This document shows positions 38,496 through 48,121 of a stretch of DNA of 64,000 nucleotides, in pieces. The stretch's first letter is position 1, and each line of letters opens with the position of its first letter. The DNA is from an uncultured Planctomycetia bacterium. GTDB lineage: Bacteria; 4484-113; JAGGVC01. Where the stretch lies: assembly GCA_964388445.1 (NCBI GenBank), contig CAYMAI010000006.1, positions 24,182 through 88,181 of the forward strand. The letters are read 5' to 3'. The notes under the pieces are model-generated. The model made no database searches. It had not been told where the DNA came from and was given only the letters and a program-made list of their open reading frames with translations. Made by a program: the position numbers and the translations under genes.

Positions 38496-39021
38496 CGCTG
38501 TTGAGCGCGGTGAACTCGCTAGCCGCGCGTTTCAACTCTTCCGAGGTGTTCATCGGAAAGCCGTATACTTCCACGCGCACGCCGCGGGATTCGAGAGTGT
38601 AAACGAGCGGCGTGAAATCGCCGTCGCCGGTGACGAGCGAGATGACGTCGACGCGATCCGCAAGCGTCATGCTATCGATGGCAATGCCCATATCCCAATC
38701 GCCTTTGAGCGAGCCGTCCTGCCGCGGCCGCAGTTCCTTCGCTTTCACTTCGAACCCGTTTAGTTTTAGAAAACTGATAAAACTCGATTGGTCCACTTCG
38801 CCCGCTTGAATGACGTAGGCGATAGCCCGAATCATCGTCCTGCCGTTGACGATGAATCCCAAAAGCTTTGCAAAATCGATTTTCCTGTTGTACTGGTGTT
38901 TGGCCGAGTAGAACATGTTCTGCACGTCTATGAGTATCGCGACGCGCTGTCCCGAAAGAATGTCCCAGCCTTCGGTTTCCTGCTCGAATTCCTGTTCGAT
39001 TGTCTTTTCCTCCTTCAACAT
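38476..39021 (-). CDS. NYN/LabA-like (DUF88) domain protein
   Basis: VAILIDVQNMFYSAK, IRAIAYV and ISLVTGDGDFTPLV match the NYN/LabA pattern. Start overlaps the S41 protease stop by 7 nt. Confidence 0.8.
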   Translation of the reverse strand: MLKEEKTIEQEFEQETEGWDILSGQRVAILIDVQNMFYSAKHQYNRKIDFAKLLGFIVNGRTMIRAIAYVIQAGEVDQSSFISFLKLNGFEVKAKELRPRQDGSLKGDWDMGIAIDSMTLADRVDVISLVTGDGDFTPLVYTLESRGVRVEVYGFPMNTSEELKRAASEFTALNSDVLLYE

Positions 39022-40574
39022 ACGACTCCAACAATAAAAGATATTTCGCCGTCCGGCGATACGGGCGCGGCGCTTGCGCCTTCTTCGCCACCGTTACCAG
39101 CTTCGCCGCCGCTTTCCGGTGATTCAGGCGCGCCCGACTGGCCGCCATCGGCGTCCGGCGCCGGCTCCGCGCTTTTTTCTTCCGCCGTGGCGATAGCGGC
39201 GTCCCGGCTTTTAACGCCTTCGCCGAAAACGGCGTCGAATCGGCCGGATACGCGCTCGAGAACGATGTCGCGGTCCGTTATTTTGTCGAATATTCCGGTG
39301 CGATAGTTCATCAATTTCGTGCGGAGCGCGTCCATTTCGGCTTCCATGCGTGCAATTTCCGGCACTTCACGCTTCAAATCTTCATAGGTGAATTTGACGT
39401 CAGGCTCGATGCCCCCTTCGCCGTCGATGTCGTGTCCCGCCGGAGTAAAGTATTTCGCAACGGTTAGCACAAGCGCGATTTCCTTGTCGCGATTAGAAAT
39501 CTCGATAATTTCCTGCACTTTTCCTTTGCCGAAAGTTTTATCGCCCACGAGAATGGCCCGTTTGTGGTCGCGAAGCGCGCCGGCGAGAATTTCGCTTGCG
39601 CTCGCGCTTCCGCCGTCCACCAAAATTACGACGGGTATTTCATAACGTTTGCCGTTTGGAACGCGGCGCGATTCCGCGCGCTTCGCTTCGCCTTCTTTGA
39701 TTCTGTACACCAGCGTGGTTACGATTTCGCCGTCGGGAAGAAACATGCTCGCCGTATCGACCGCATTTTCGAGAGTGCCGCCGCCGTTGCCGCGAAGGTC
39801 GAGAATGAGCTTTTTCATACCAAGCTTTTCGAGCTCCGCCAGCGCTTCGGTCATTTCAGTAGTGGTGTTTTCGCTGAAGCTCGATAGAAGCACATAGCCC
39901 ACGCCGGGCGAAAGCATGCGCGCTTCCTCGACGCTGTGTATCGTGACTATCGCTCTAACGACTTCCACTTCGCGCTCATCGAAAGTGACGGGGTCCAAAA
40001 TCGCCAGCCGGACGGGCGTGTTTTCCTCGCCCAAAATGAACCTGCCGACTTCTTCGAGCGATAGGCCGTCCGTGGAGTTGCCGTCCACCGTTGAAATATA
40101 GTCGTCTTTTTTCAATCCCGCCTCGGCAGCGGGCGAGCCGCGGAACACGGACGCGATTTGGGGAATACCCATCTCCGCCGAAAGCTCGATGCGAATCCCG
40201 ATGCCCGCGTAGTGGCCGGTGGTTTCGGCCTCGAGGCCCTTGAACCGGGACGGGTCGAAAAACCCGCTGTACGGATCGTTGAAAGGCGGATCGTGAAGAA
40301 CTGAAACCATTCCGCGAATGGCGCCGTACAAAATATCGTCTTCGTGGCCTTCGAGAGATGAGACATACTTGCCCGTAATGAACTGAAAGGCTTTCTTGAG
40401 CAGCGCCGTGTCGAATGCGTCTTCCGATTTCGATTCGGCCGCGGCAAGTTGTCCCTGTTGGTACATCGCACCGCCCGCAAAGGCGATGACGGCAATCAGT
40501 ATCCATATAACTACGCTCAAAAGCAGGTCAAGGCCGCCTTGGGAGCGAGTCTTTGCCGGTGGATGCTCGTTCAT
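39015..40574 (-). CDS. S41 family carboxy-terminal processing peptidase
   Basis: N-terminal TM helix, PDZ region, catalytic region LILDLRGNGGG ... VVILVDGGSASASEILAGAL ... GDKTFGKGKVQ. Long acidic Gly/Glu/Pro C-terminal tail. Confidence 0.9.
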   Translation of the reverse strand: MNEHPPAKTRSQGGLDLLLSVVIWILIAVIAFAGGAMYQQGQLAAAESKSEDAFDTALLKKAFQFITGKYVSSLEGHEDDILYGAIRGMVSVLHDPPFNDPYSGFFDPSRFKGLEAETTGHYAGIGIRIELSAEMGIPQIASVFRGSPAAEAGLKKDDYISTVDGNSTDGLSLEEVGRFILGEENTPVRLAILDPVTFDEREVEVVRAIVTIHSVEEARMLSPGVGYVLLSSFSENTTTEMTEALAELEKLGMKKLILDLRGNGGGTLENAVDTASMFLPDGEIVTTLVYRIKEGEAKRAESRRVPNGKRYEIPVVILVDGGSASASEILAGALRDHKRAILVGDKTFGKGKVQEIIEISNRDKEIALVLTVAKYFTPAGHDIDGEGGIEPDVKFTYEDLKREVPEIARMEAEMDALRTKLMNYRTGIFDKITDRDIVLERVSGRFDAVFGEGVKSRDAAIATAEEKSAEPAPDADGGQSGAPESPESGGEAGNGGEEGASAAPVSPDGEISFIVGVVC

Positions 40575-40680
40575 AAAATACCCTTGAATAACGCCCCTTG
40601 AAAAGGGTAGGGGAGATAATACACCCGAAACCGCGAATCCGGTGCGCGACGGAATATATTTTACCCGCTAACGCTTCCCG

Positions 40681-41859
40681 TTAAAGCTTGGACAGCGGAT
40701 CGACGGGATCTCCGTTTATGCGCACTTCGAAATGAAGGTGCGGGCCGGTGGAAAGTCCGGTCGAGCCGACGTTGCCGATGACCGCGCCCGCTTTGACCAC
40801 CTGTCCGTTTTTCACCGAAATTTTCGATAGGTGCGCGTAAAGAGTGACTATGCCCTTTCCGTGGTCGATCATTATGCACTGGCCGTAGCCGCCGCGCCAG
40901 TCGGCGAAAATCACTTTGCCGTCGCCGCCCGCTTTAATCGGAGTGCCTGACGGCGCGCTGATGTCCACTCCGTAGTGCATTTTTTTGTATCTCAAAATCG
41001 GATGCACCCGATAGCCGTAACCGCTGACGATGGGGCCGTTCACGGGCTTAAGAAAATTGCTCGTCCACGGCTTGCCTTTGTAACTTCCCCCCGAGCGGGC
41101 GAGCTTGGCGAGTTCCGCCTGAATCCGTTTCGATTCCGCGATGAATTCGTCAACCTGCTTTTCGTAAAGCTTCAGGTCTTTTTCGACTTCTTTCATTATT
41201 TCGCTTTTCGCCGCGCGCATTTCTCTCAGGTCTTCGATGCGAGCTTCGATTTCCGCTTTGATTTCGTTTATTTCGTTTATTTTCTGCTGGACGGCGATTT
41301 TTTGCAGCGTGGTTTCGGCGATTCCGTCCTGAACGCGTTTGATCAGAGTTTGATCGTTTTCGTAAATGATTTGCAGGAAAAAGACGCGGTCGATGAAGTC
41401 GCTGAAATTTTCCGCGTCGAGAACGAGATCGAGGTACGTCATTTCGCCCTGCTTGTAGATTTCGACGCTGCGTTGGCCGAGCTGGATACGCTTCTTATCC
41501 AAATCTTCGCTTAGCCTTTCGAGTTCGGCTTCGAGTTTCGCCTGTTCATCTTCCTGTTTTTTCAGTTCTTGTTTCACGCCTTCGAGTTCTTCGTCCGCAA
41601 CCACGTACTGCTTGTCCAGCGCTTTCAAATCGCTCGTAAGGTCGCCTTTCTTGCCTTTGAGGTCGCGGATTTTCTGTTCGATTTTCTTCTTTTCGTTTCG
41701 AATATCCTGAAGCCGTCTTTCGTAACTCCTGCCGTAAGCCATATCGCCGAGCTGCGGCGCGCCGGCAAGAATCGCAAGCAAAATCAAGCAAAGCGCCAAT
41801 GCGCCGGGTTTGAAATATTTATATGCAAAAACGCCTTTCACGTTTCGAATCACCTCCAT
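40681..41859 (-). CDS. M23 family peptidase with EnvC-like coiled coil
   Basis: N-terminal anchor, about 230-aa coiled coil, LytM domain with HYGVDI and GPHLHFE intact. Follows ftsX with a 10-nt overlap. Confidence 0.88.
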   Translation of the reverse strand: MEVIRNVKGVFAYKYFKPGALALCLILLAILAGAPQLGDMAYGRSYERRLQDIRNEKKKIEQKIRDLKGKKGDLTSDLKALDKQYVVADEELEGVKQELKKQEDEQAKLEAELERLSEDLDKKRIQLGQRSVEIYKQGEMTYLDLVLDAENFSDFIDRVFFLQIIYENDQTLIKRVQDGIAETTLQKIAVQQKINEINEIKAEIEARIEDLREMRAAKSEIMKEVEKDLKLYEKQVDEFIAESKRIQAELAKLARSGGSYKGKPWTSNFLKPVNGPIVSGYGYRVHPILRYKKMHYGVDISAPSGTPIKAGGDGKVIFADWRGGYGQCIMIDHGKGIVTLYAHLSKISVKNGQVVKAGAVIGNVGSTGLSTGPHLHFEVRINGDPVDPLSKL

Positions 41860-42779
41860 TCGAGCTCGCGCCTTATGCGCGCCGTTTCGATAACGATTCT
41901 TTCGTCTTCGGCAAGATAATTTTCGAGCGCGGCGACGCTGGACGCAACGCCGACAATCGCCCCCGATGCGACGAGCGCGGCGCCGACGAAAAAGATCATC
42001 TTGACGTCGCCGCCGAGCGCGCCTTTGAAAACTTTAAGCCCTTCGATGAGCTCGCTCAAACCCACGTAGCTTGCCCACACGAGAAGCGCCGCGACGAGGC
42101 TGCCGAGAATGCCGATGAAAAGCCCTTCGAAAATGAACGGCCATCTGATGAACCATTTCGTCGCGCCTACGAGTTGCATAATTCTGATTTCGCGGCGGCG
42201 GGAGTGAATCGACAGCCGGACGATGTTGTTGATGCTCGAAAAACTGGCGCCGAGAAGGAGGAGAATCGTCACGCCGAAAATTATCTGGAAAATGAACAGC
42301 GCTTTCGAGAGCTTCACGACGATGTCGCGGCCGTAGCGGATTTCGTTTACCCCCTGTATGCGGCGGACCTGTTCCGCTATTTTTTCAACTTCGTCCACGC
42401 GGGAGGGTTTTACGACGTAGGTTGCGGGAAGAGGATTTTGCTCCAAAAGGCTGTCGAGCTCGATCCCCGTGGTTTTGACGAAATTCTCCAGCGCTTCTTC
42501 GGAGCTTATGAACTTGACGCGGCTAACCCCTTCCACGCCCTTGAGGTCTTTTTCGACGCGCAATATCTCCTGCGCGGAAAGCCCCATGTCCAAAAACGCG
42601 TGGATTTCGATCATTCCCTGAAGCTGTTGAACGAATCTGTTTATGGTGAGAATGAGCACGAGAAAATAGCCGAGAACGAGCAGCGAAATCATCACCTGTA
42701 CGCCGTACGTGAAAACGACCACGCGGTTCGAGCGCAGGCTGGAAGCGAATTCGCGAAGGAAAAACGCAAGGCTGCCTAT
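41850..42779 (-). CDS. ftsX: cell division permease-like protein FtsX (start probably non-canonical)
   Basis: Four-TM FtsX architecture. The first canonical start (GTG at 42722) lies inside TM1. The conserved N-terminal FFLREFASSLRSNR is encoded upstream. SD GGGAGGG (42787-42793) lies 7 nt from the ATA at 42779-42777. Confidence 0.8.
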   Translation of the reverse strand: MGSLAFFLREFASSLRSNRVVVFTYGVQVMISLLVLGYFLVLILTINRFVQQLQGMIEIHAFLDMGLSAQEILRVEKDLKGVEGVSRVKFISSEEALENFVKTTGIELDSLLEQNPLPATYVVKPSRVDEVEKIAEQVRRIQGVNEIRYGRDIVVKLSKALFIFQIIFGVTILLLLGASFSSINNIVRLSIHSRRREIRIMQLVGATKWFIRWPFIFEGLFIGILGSLVAALLVWASYVGLSELIEGLKVFKGALGGDVKMIFFVGAALVASGAIVGVASSVAALENYLAEDERIVIETARIRRELEWR

Positions 42780-42836
42780 GGGTTCGCCCTCCCGTAAATG
42801 TCTGCGGCGTGACGCGCTTTCGAGCCGGTGTTGCGG

Positions 42837-43517
42837 TTAATCATGATATGTTCCCGACATCGTGTCCGACACTACGTTGCCGTGCTCGAGCCTGACAACC
42901 CGTTTCCTGAATCTGTCCACGACCTTTTCGTCATGCGTGGCCACCACGACAGTGGTTCCGCGCTCGTTGATTCTGGCTAGCAGTTCCATAATGCCGTTGC
43001 TCGTTTCGGGGTCGAGGTTGCCCGTAGGCTCGTCCGCGACGAGCAGGCTGGGTTTGCCGACGAGTGCGCGCGCGATGCAAAGGCGCTGCTGTTCGCCGCC
43101 GGATAGCTCGGTGGGTTTGCGTTCGAACTTGCCGCCGAGGCCGACCATTTCGAGCGCTTCCGGAACGACCGCGCGCTGCTGCTTCGCGCCGATGCCTTGC
43201 ACTTCGAGAGCGTACGCGACGTTTTCCCAAGTGGTTTTGTTGGGCAAAAGCAGAAAGTCCTGAAAAATCACGCCCGTGCGCCTGCGGAAATACGGAATTT
43301 CGCGCGGCCTTAATTTGGCCACGTCCTTGTTGAAAACAAAAACGGAGCCTTCGGTCGCGATTACGTCGCGGTAAATCAGTTTGAGAATGCTCGACTTTCC
43401 GCAGCCGGTCGGGCCGACGAGGAAAACGAAATCCTGCTTCGGAATATGCAGGTTGACTCCTCGAAGCGAGCCGACAAGATTTTTGTAGGTCAAGCCAACG
43501 TCAACAAGACGGATCAT
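42837..43517 (-). CDS. ftsE: cell division ATP-binding protein FtsE
   Basis: Walker [10 protein letters not shown], signature [15 protein letters not shown], Walker [13 protein letters not shown]. Lies upstream of ftsX. Confidence 0.93.
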   Translation of the reverse strand: MIRLVDVGLTYKNLVGSLRGVNLHIPKQDFVFLVGPTGCGKSSILKLIYRDVIATEGSVFVFNKDVAKLRPREIPYFRRRTGVIFQDFLLLPNKTTWENVAYALEVQGIGAKQQRAVVPEALEMVGLGGKFERKPTELSGGEQQRLCIARALVGKPSLLVADEPTGNLDPETSNGIMELLARINERGTTVVVATHDEKVVDRFRKRVVRLEHGNVVSDTMSGTYHD

Positions 43518-43621
43518 CCGCCGGTGTACCTCCCGTCGCGCATGCGGCGGAATAGCGCGAGCGGATAGTTTATCAGAATGAGCTTGGACGGCGCCAGCGT
43601 GAAGATGTTCGGACGAAAAGG

Positions 43622-44383
43622 CTAAGCTCGCTCAACTGCGGCGCTTTTTAACTCCGCGCGTTCGAGCGCGAGGTATGCCGGAATGAAGGCGAGCCTTTTT
43701 ATGCGGCGCGGGTCGGCGAAAGCGCGATAGAGCCATTCGATTCCCGCCGAACGAATCCAAACCGGCGCGCGACGGTGGACGCCCGCCCATACTTCGAAAC
43801 TGCCGCCCACGCCCGCGAAAATGCGCGCGGAAAGCTTATCCCGCCAAGCGTCTATCCAGAATTCTTGATAAGGCGAGCCCATTCCGGCGAGTACGGCGGT
43901 CGCGCCGCTTCGGTTTATGGCTTCCGCGACAAGCGCTTCGCCGCCTTTGAAATAGCCGTGGTGAACGCCGGCGATGTTCGCGCCCGGAATGAGAGTCCTC
44001 AAGTTTTCAGCCGCCTTTTCCGCGACGCCGGGCTTTGCGCCGAGCAGAAAAATCGAATGGGCGTTTTGGCCGGCGGCGCCGCGCTCCGCCGCAGATTTTA
44101 CGAGGTCGAATGCGAATTCGATGCCCGGATAGACTTCGAGCTTCACGCCGAGCGCCTTGCGCGCGGTGACAGCGATGCGCTTACCGTCGGGTATTACGAG
44201 CATTTTCTCGGCGAGAAGCCGCTTGAAATCGGGATTCCGGCTTGCGGCAACCGCCATTTCGGCGTTAAGCGTGGCGACCGCGATTTGCCGCCCGTCGCCG
44301 GCTTCCGCGAAAACCGTTCGAAGGACTTCGTCGCGCGAACCGGCGCAAACGGGAATGCCGAAAAGCTGGATTGTGCTAAGCAA
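43622..44383 (-). CDS. WecB/TagA/CpsF family glycosyltransferase
   Basis: LNAEMAVAASRNPDF, VIPDGKRI, AVLAGMGSPYQEFW and GIEWLYR match the GT26 pattern. Confidence 0.85.
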   Translation of the reverse strand: MLSTIQLFGIPVCAGSRDEVLRTVFAEAGDGRQIAVATLNAEMAVAASRNPDFKRLLAEKMLVIPDGKRIAVTARKALGVKLEVYPGIEFAFDLVKSAAERGAAGQNAHSIFLLGAKPGVAEKAAENLRTLIPGANIAGVHHGYFKGGEALVAEAINRSGATAVLAGMGSPYQEFWIDAWRDKLSARIFAGVGGSFEVWAGVHRRAPVWIRSAGIEWLYRAFADPRRIKRLAFIPAYLALERAELKSAAVERA

Positions 44384-44449
44384 CGGCGAATAATAACATT
44401 CGGAATTATCGATTGACTGCGTCGAGATTCAAAAACGGCTCGCCCTCTA

Positions 44450-45052
44450 TTATCCGAAAACGAAAATCACGGCGAACATGACGTACCAGACTACGCCGAG
44501 GAAGTGCCAGTACATTGCCATGAAATGGACGGGGTGGCTGTAGGTTTCAGAGTATGCGCCTTTCGCGGCTTTCGCGAGCGTAATGCCGAGGGGGATAAGC
44601 CCGCCGACGACATGCAGGGCGTGAAGGGAGGTCAGCAGATAAAAAAGGAAGCCGAAGATGTTTTGCGACTTCGGGGCGAGGCCTTGCGAAACGAGGCTGG
44701 ACCAGTTGAGAATCTGGGCGACAAGGAAGACCGTGCCTAGCGCGAAAGTCGCGGCAAGGCCGGTTTTCAAATTCTGTAGCCGGCCGCCTTTTACGCTCAT
44801 TTCGGCGAACTGCATCGTTACGCTCGATATGAATATGATGAAAGTGGAAACCCACAGTCCGGCCGGGAGGTTCGGCGTGCCGGGCGGAGGCCAAACATCG
44901 GATGTGCCGCGAACGTAAAAGAAGCCCGTAAGCGAAGAAAGAAAGAGCATGCCGAGCGCGGCAAGAAGCAGCCACATTCCGGTTTTGCCGATTTTCGCGT
45001 CGGGCCACCCGGCTGGCGCGGACTTGGCGGCGGTTTTATCGAATTCGTTCAT
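44450..45052 (-). CDS. heme-copper oxidase subunit III family protein (second paralogue)
   Basis: 200 aa and 5 TM helices. Motifs GMWLLLAALGMLF, FYLLTSLHALHVVGG and MYWHFLGVVWYVMF. Confidence 0.85.
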   Translation of the reverse strand: MNEFDKTAAKSAPAGWPDAKIGKTGMWLLLAALGMLFLSSLTGFFYVRGTSDVWPPPGTPNLPAGLWVSTFIIFISSVTMQFAEMSVKGGRLQNLKTGLAATFALGTVFLVAQILNWSSLVSQGLAPKSQNIFGFLFYLLTSLHALHVVGGLIPLGITLAKAAKGAYSETYSHPVHFMAMYWHFLGVVWYVMFAVIFVFG

Positions 45053-45088
45053 TTTCTCCCCCTCGGCGGCGGCGGCGCGCCAATAAAA

Positions 45089-45487
45089 CTAGTGAGGGTC
45101 CGAATCTTGTATCGCCGGTACCGCTTCCACTTGGTCGTATATGACTTCGTGTTGATACTGCTCGGTGTCCATAAGCGAAATGCCGACGAAAAGCATCACG
45201 AATATGAGAGCGAACATGAAAACGAAGCCGTTGAAAAGCCTGTCCCAGCGAAGGTGCATAAAATATAGCGCGACGAGAAGCGCTTTGAACGTCGCAATCG
45301 CCATCGCTATCCAGAGGTTGAGAGGGCCGAGGTCGAAGTACGTGACCGCGACCGTTATCCACGTAAAGAATATGAGCGCGCCCCAAATAAGCACCATGAA
45401 CTTTATGGGGACGACGTGAACGTGAAGCTCCGCGGGGTCGTGCCCGGATTCGTCATGAACAGCGGTATTTTTTTCCATTTCGGTCAT
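45089..45487 (-). CDS. ctaF: cytochrome c oxidase subunit IV (prokaryotic CtaF/CoxIV family)
   Basis: 132 aa and 3 TM helices. Motif FKALLVALYFMHLRWD. Confidence 0.85.
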   Translation of the reverse strand: MTEMEKNTAVHDESGHDPAELHVHVVPIKFMVLIWGALIFFTWITVAVTYFDLGPLNLWIAMAIATFKALLVALYFMHLRWDRLFNGFVFMFALIFVMLFVGISLMDTEQYQHEVIYDQVEAVPAIQDSDPH

Positions 45488-45507
45488 ATCGCACCTTCAA
45501 GTTCCCG

Positions 45508-46377
45508 CTAGTGAATGAGGTAAAGAAGCGGGAATAGATATATCCACACGAGGTCCACGAAGTGCCAGTAAAGCCCTACGAGCTCGACGGGCGTGTAATA
45601 GTCGCTGCCGTATACGCGCCGCCGTGCATATCTAATCAGAATCAGCATCGCGATTATCCCGCCCACGATGTGCAGCGCGTGAAGACCGGTCATTACAAAG
45701 TAAATGCTGAAGAACAGGTGAACGTTCGCCGGTACGTCGCCTCCGTGGCCGGCGTCCAGCGCGGATTCCGCGAGACCGGCCGGTCCGACGGCCGACGGCA
45801 TAATGCTCGAACGCTCTATGTCGAGCGGCGCGCCTTCCGCGATAACCGACTCGGGATGACCGGCGGCATGCGCGGCTTCGTCGTGAACCGGCGCGGCGGC
45901 GTCCAAGTGAAGGCCTGCTGGGGCGCCGTCTTCCGCGGCGTGTCCGGCCTCATCGTGCGAGCCGCCCGTGAAATACTTGCCCGGAAGAAGGCCGTGCTCC
46001 CACTTCGCTTTGTATTCGATGTACTTCACGCCCATGAAAACGAACGCGAAGAAAAGCGTGGCCGCGAGCATTTGGATCAGAAGCTTGTTCCTCGATGTTT
46101 GCGCGGCATGCACGGCGATGGCCATCGTGAGACTCGAGCAAATGAGCACAATCGTGTTCACGCCGCCCCAAATTTTGTCTAGGTATTTGTGTGCGTAAAT
46201 GAAGATTTCGGGGTGCGTGGACCTGTAAATCGAATACCAGCAGAAAAGCCCGCTGAAAAACAGAATTTCGGTGACCAAAAACAGCCACATTCCGAATTTG
46301 TCCGAGTTCAGCTGGCGCTGAAGCGTGTCGAAATGATGCTGAAGAGCGCGCGGATGTCCGGCTTCGTGACTCGCCAC
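45508..46377 (-). CDS. ctaE: cytochrome c oxidase subunit III with His-rich loop insertion
   Basis: HHFDTLQRQ...FGMWLFLVTEILFF, FYFVMTGLHALHIVGG and LYWHFVDLVWIYLF. Has an insert of about 80 aa between the EYK helix and the next helix. Confidence 0.9.
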   Translation of the reverse strand: MASHEAGHPRALQHHFDTLQRQLNSDKFGMWLFLVTEILFFSGLFCWYSIYRSTHPEIFIYAHKYLDKIWGGVNTIVLICSSLTMAIAVHAAQTSRNKLLIQMLAATLFFAFVFMGVKYIEYKAKWEHGLLPGKYFTGGSHDEAGHAAEDGAPAGLHLDAAAPVHDEAAHAAGHPESVIAEGAPLDIERSSIMPSAVGPAGLAESALDAGHGGDVPANVHLFFSIYFVMTGLHALHIVGGIIAMLILIRYARRRVYGSDYYTPVELVGLYWHFVDLVWIYLFPLLYLIH

Positions 46378-46423
46378 TTATGCATCCTCCGAAATTTTCG
46401 AGTTTATTGTCATAACGCCGGCC

Positions 46424-48085
46424 TTAAGTTGCTGAAGTAACTTTTCTGTAACTATTCGACTTTTCGTCGAATTCGATGTCGCTGTAATCGTAAGGATCGC
46501 CCACGGGAGGCGGCTCGTCGAAGTTATGGTGAATGGGCGGCGAGCCGCATTGCCATTCGAGCGTGGCACCGCCCCATGGATTGTCCGGCGCGGGTTTGCC
46601 TTTGACGAGCGAGCGGATGAGCGCGACCGCGGCGAATATGAAACCTACGAGCATTATGTAGCCGCCGATTGTGGAAAGCTCGTGGTACGGCTGGTATTGC
46701 GGAAAGTAATCGAAATAGCGGCGGGGCATTCCCTGCGAACCCATTATGAATTGCGGGAAAAACGTTACGTTGAACCCGACGAAGACGAAAAGCGCGCCCG
46801 CGATTCCGAGACCGTCCTCGTACATTTTGCCCGTGATTTTAGGCCACCAGTGGAAAAGCCCGGCGAAAAACGCGATGAGCGCGGAGCCCATCATTACGTA
46901 GTGGAAATGGGCGACGACGAAGTATGTGTCGGTAAGGTGGACGTCGGTCGCCACGCTGCCGAGAAAAAGTCCGGTCAGTCCGCCGATGCCGAACAGGAAA
47001 AGGAACGCGAGCGCGTAAATCATCGGCGTGTTGAGCGCGATGGAGCCTTTGTACATCGTGGACAGCCAGTTGAAGACTTTTACCGCGGAAGGAATCGCGA
47101 CGAAGAAGGTGAGGATGCTGAAAATCATGTTCGCTGCGCCGGATTGGCCGCTGATGAACATATGGTGTCCCCAAACGAGGAAACTGATTATCGCGATGGA
47201 AATCGAGCTGTATGCGATTGCCTTGTAGCCGAAAATGTGTTTGCGGCTGTGGACGGATATGACTTCGCTGATGATACCCATCGCGGGAAGAATCATTATG
47301 TAAACCGCCGGATGGGAATAGAACCAGAAAAAGTGCTGGAACAAAACCGGATTGCCACCCATCGCGGCGTCGAAAATGCCCACTCCGAGAGCGCGCTCGG
47401 CGATAAGAAGCAGGAGCGTGATTCCGAGGACGGGAGTTGCGAGAACTTGGATGATTGCGGTTGCATAAATCGCCCAAAGGAAAAGCGGCATCTGAAACCA
47501 GCCCATTCCCTTCGGCCGCATCCATTGAATCGTAACGATGAAATTAAGGCCGGTGAAAATCGAGCTGAAACCCAGGATGAACGCGCCGAGAACGGCGGGG
47601 ATGACGCTTGTCGCGGTCGTCGTGGCGTACGGCGTGTAAAAAGTCCAGCCGGTGTCGAGACCGCCTGTCGCGAGCGTGATAAGAAAGAAAATCGCGCCGC
47701 CGCAGTATAGCCAGAAACTGAGCAGGTTCAGTTTCGGAAACGCCACGTCCTTTGCGCCGAGCATGAGGGGCAAAATGAAATTGCCGAGCGCCGCAGGGAT
47801 TCCGGGGATGATTACGAGGAAAATCATAATCGCGCCGTGAAGCGTGAACATCTGGTTATACATGTCCGCGTTCATTATCGTGGGGCCGGGCGCGAAAAGC
47901 TCCGTGCGAATGAGCATCGCGAAAATGCCGCCGACGAAAAAGAACAACAGAATGCTGACGAGATACATCACGCCGATCCGTTTGTGGTCGAGCGTCAGAA
48001 ACCACGAGCGGAAGCCGTGCGAATGCGTAAGGTAGTTGCCCTCGTGGCCGCCTTCCGCTCCGCCCGTATGTACGTTTACTGCCAT
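46424..48085 (-). CDS. ctaD: cytochrome c oxidase subunit I
   Basis: 553 aa. [34 protein letters not shown] and VAHFHYVM. Confidence 0.96.
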   Translation of the reverse strand: MAVNVHTGGAEGGHEGNYLTHSHGFRSWFLTLDHKRIGVMYLVSILLFFFVGGIFAMLIRTELFAPGPTIMNADMYNQMFTLHGAIMIFLVIIPGIPAALGNFILPLMLGAKDVAFPKLNLLSFWLYCGGAIFFLITLATGGLDTGWTFYTPYATTTATSVIPAVLGAFILGFSSIFTGLNFIVTIQWMRPKGMGWFQMPLFLWAIYATAIIQVLATPVLGITLLLLIAERALGVGIFDAAMGGNPVLFQHFFWFYSHPAVYIMILPAMGIISEVISVHSRKHIFGYKAIAYSSISIAIISFLVWGHHMFISGQSGAANMIFSILTFFVAIPSAVKVFNWLSTMYKGSIALNTPMIYALAFLFLFGIGGLTGLFLGSVATDVHLTDTYFVVAHFHYVMMGSALIAFFAGLFHWWPKITGKMYEDGLGIAGALFVFVGFNVTFFPQFIMGSQGMPRRYFDYFPQYQPYHELSTIGGYIMLVGFIFAAVALIRSLVKGKPAPDNPWGGATLEWQCGSPPIHHNFDEPPPVGDPYDYSDIEFDEKSNSYRKVTSAT

Positions 48086-48121
48086 AGATAATTCACCGTT
48101 CCTTGGCCGGCGCCGCCGCGT

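Noticed and set aside
40575-40680. A possible small RNA, tRNA or terminator in the ctp-M23 gap (CCCCTTGAAAAGGGTAGGGG).
   Set aside because: The gap is too short and there is no cloverleaf. The stem is short and imperfect with no U-tract. It is most likely just the ctp promoter and SD region.
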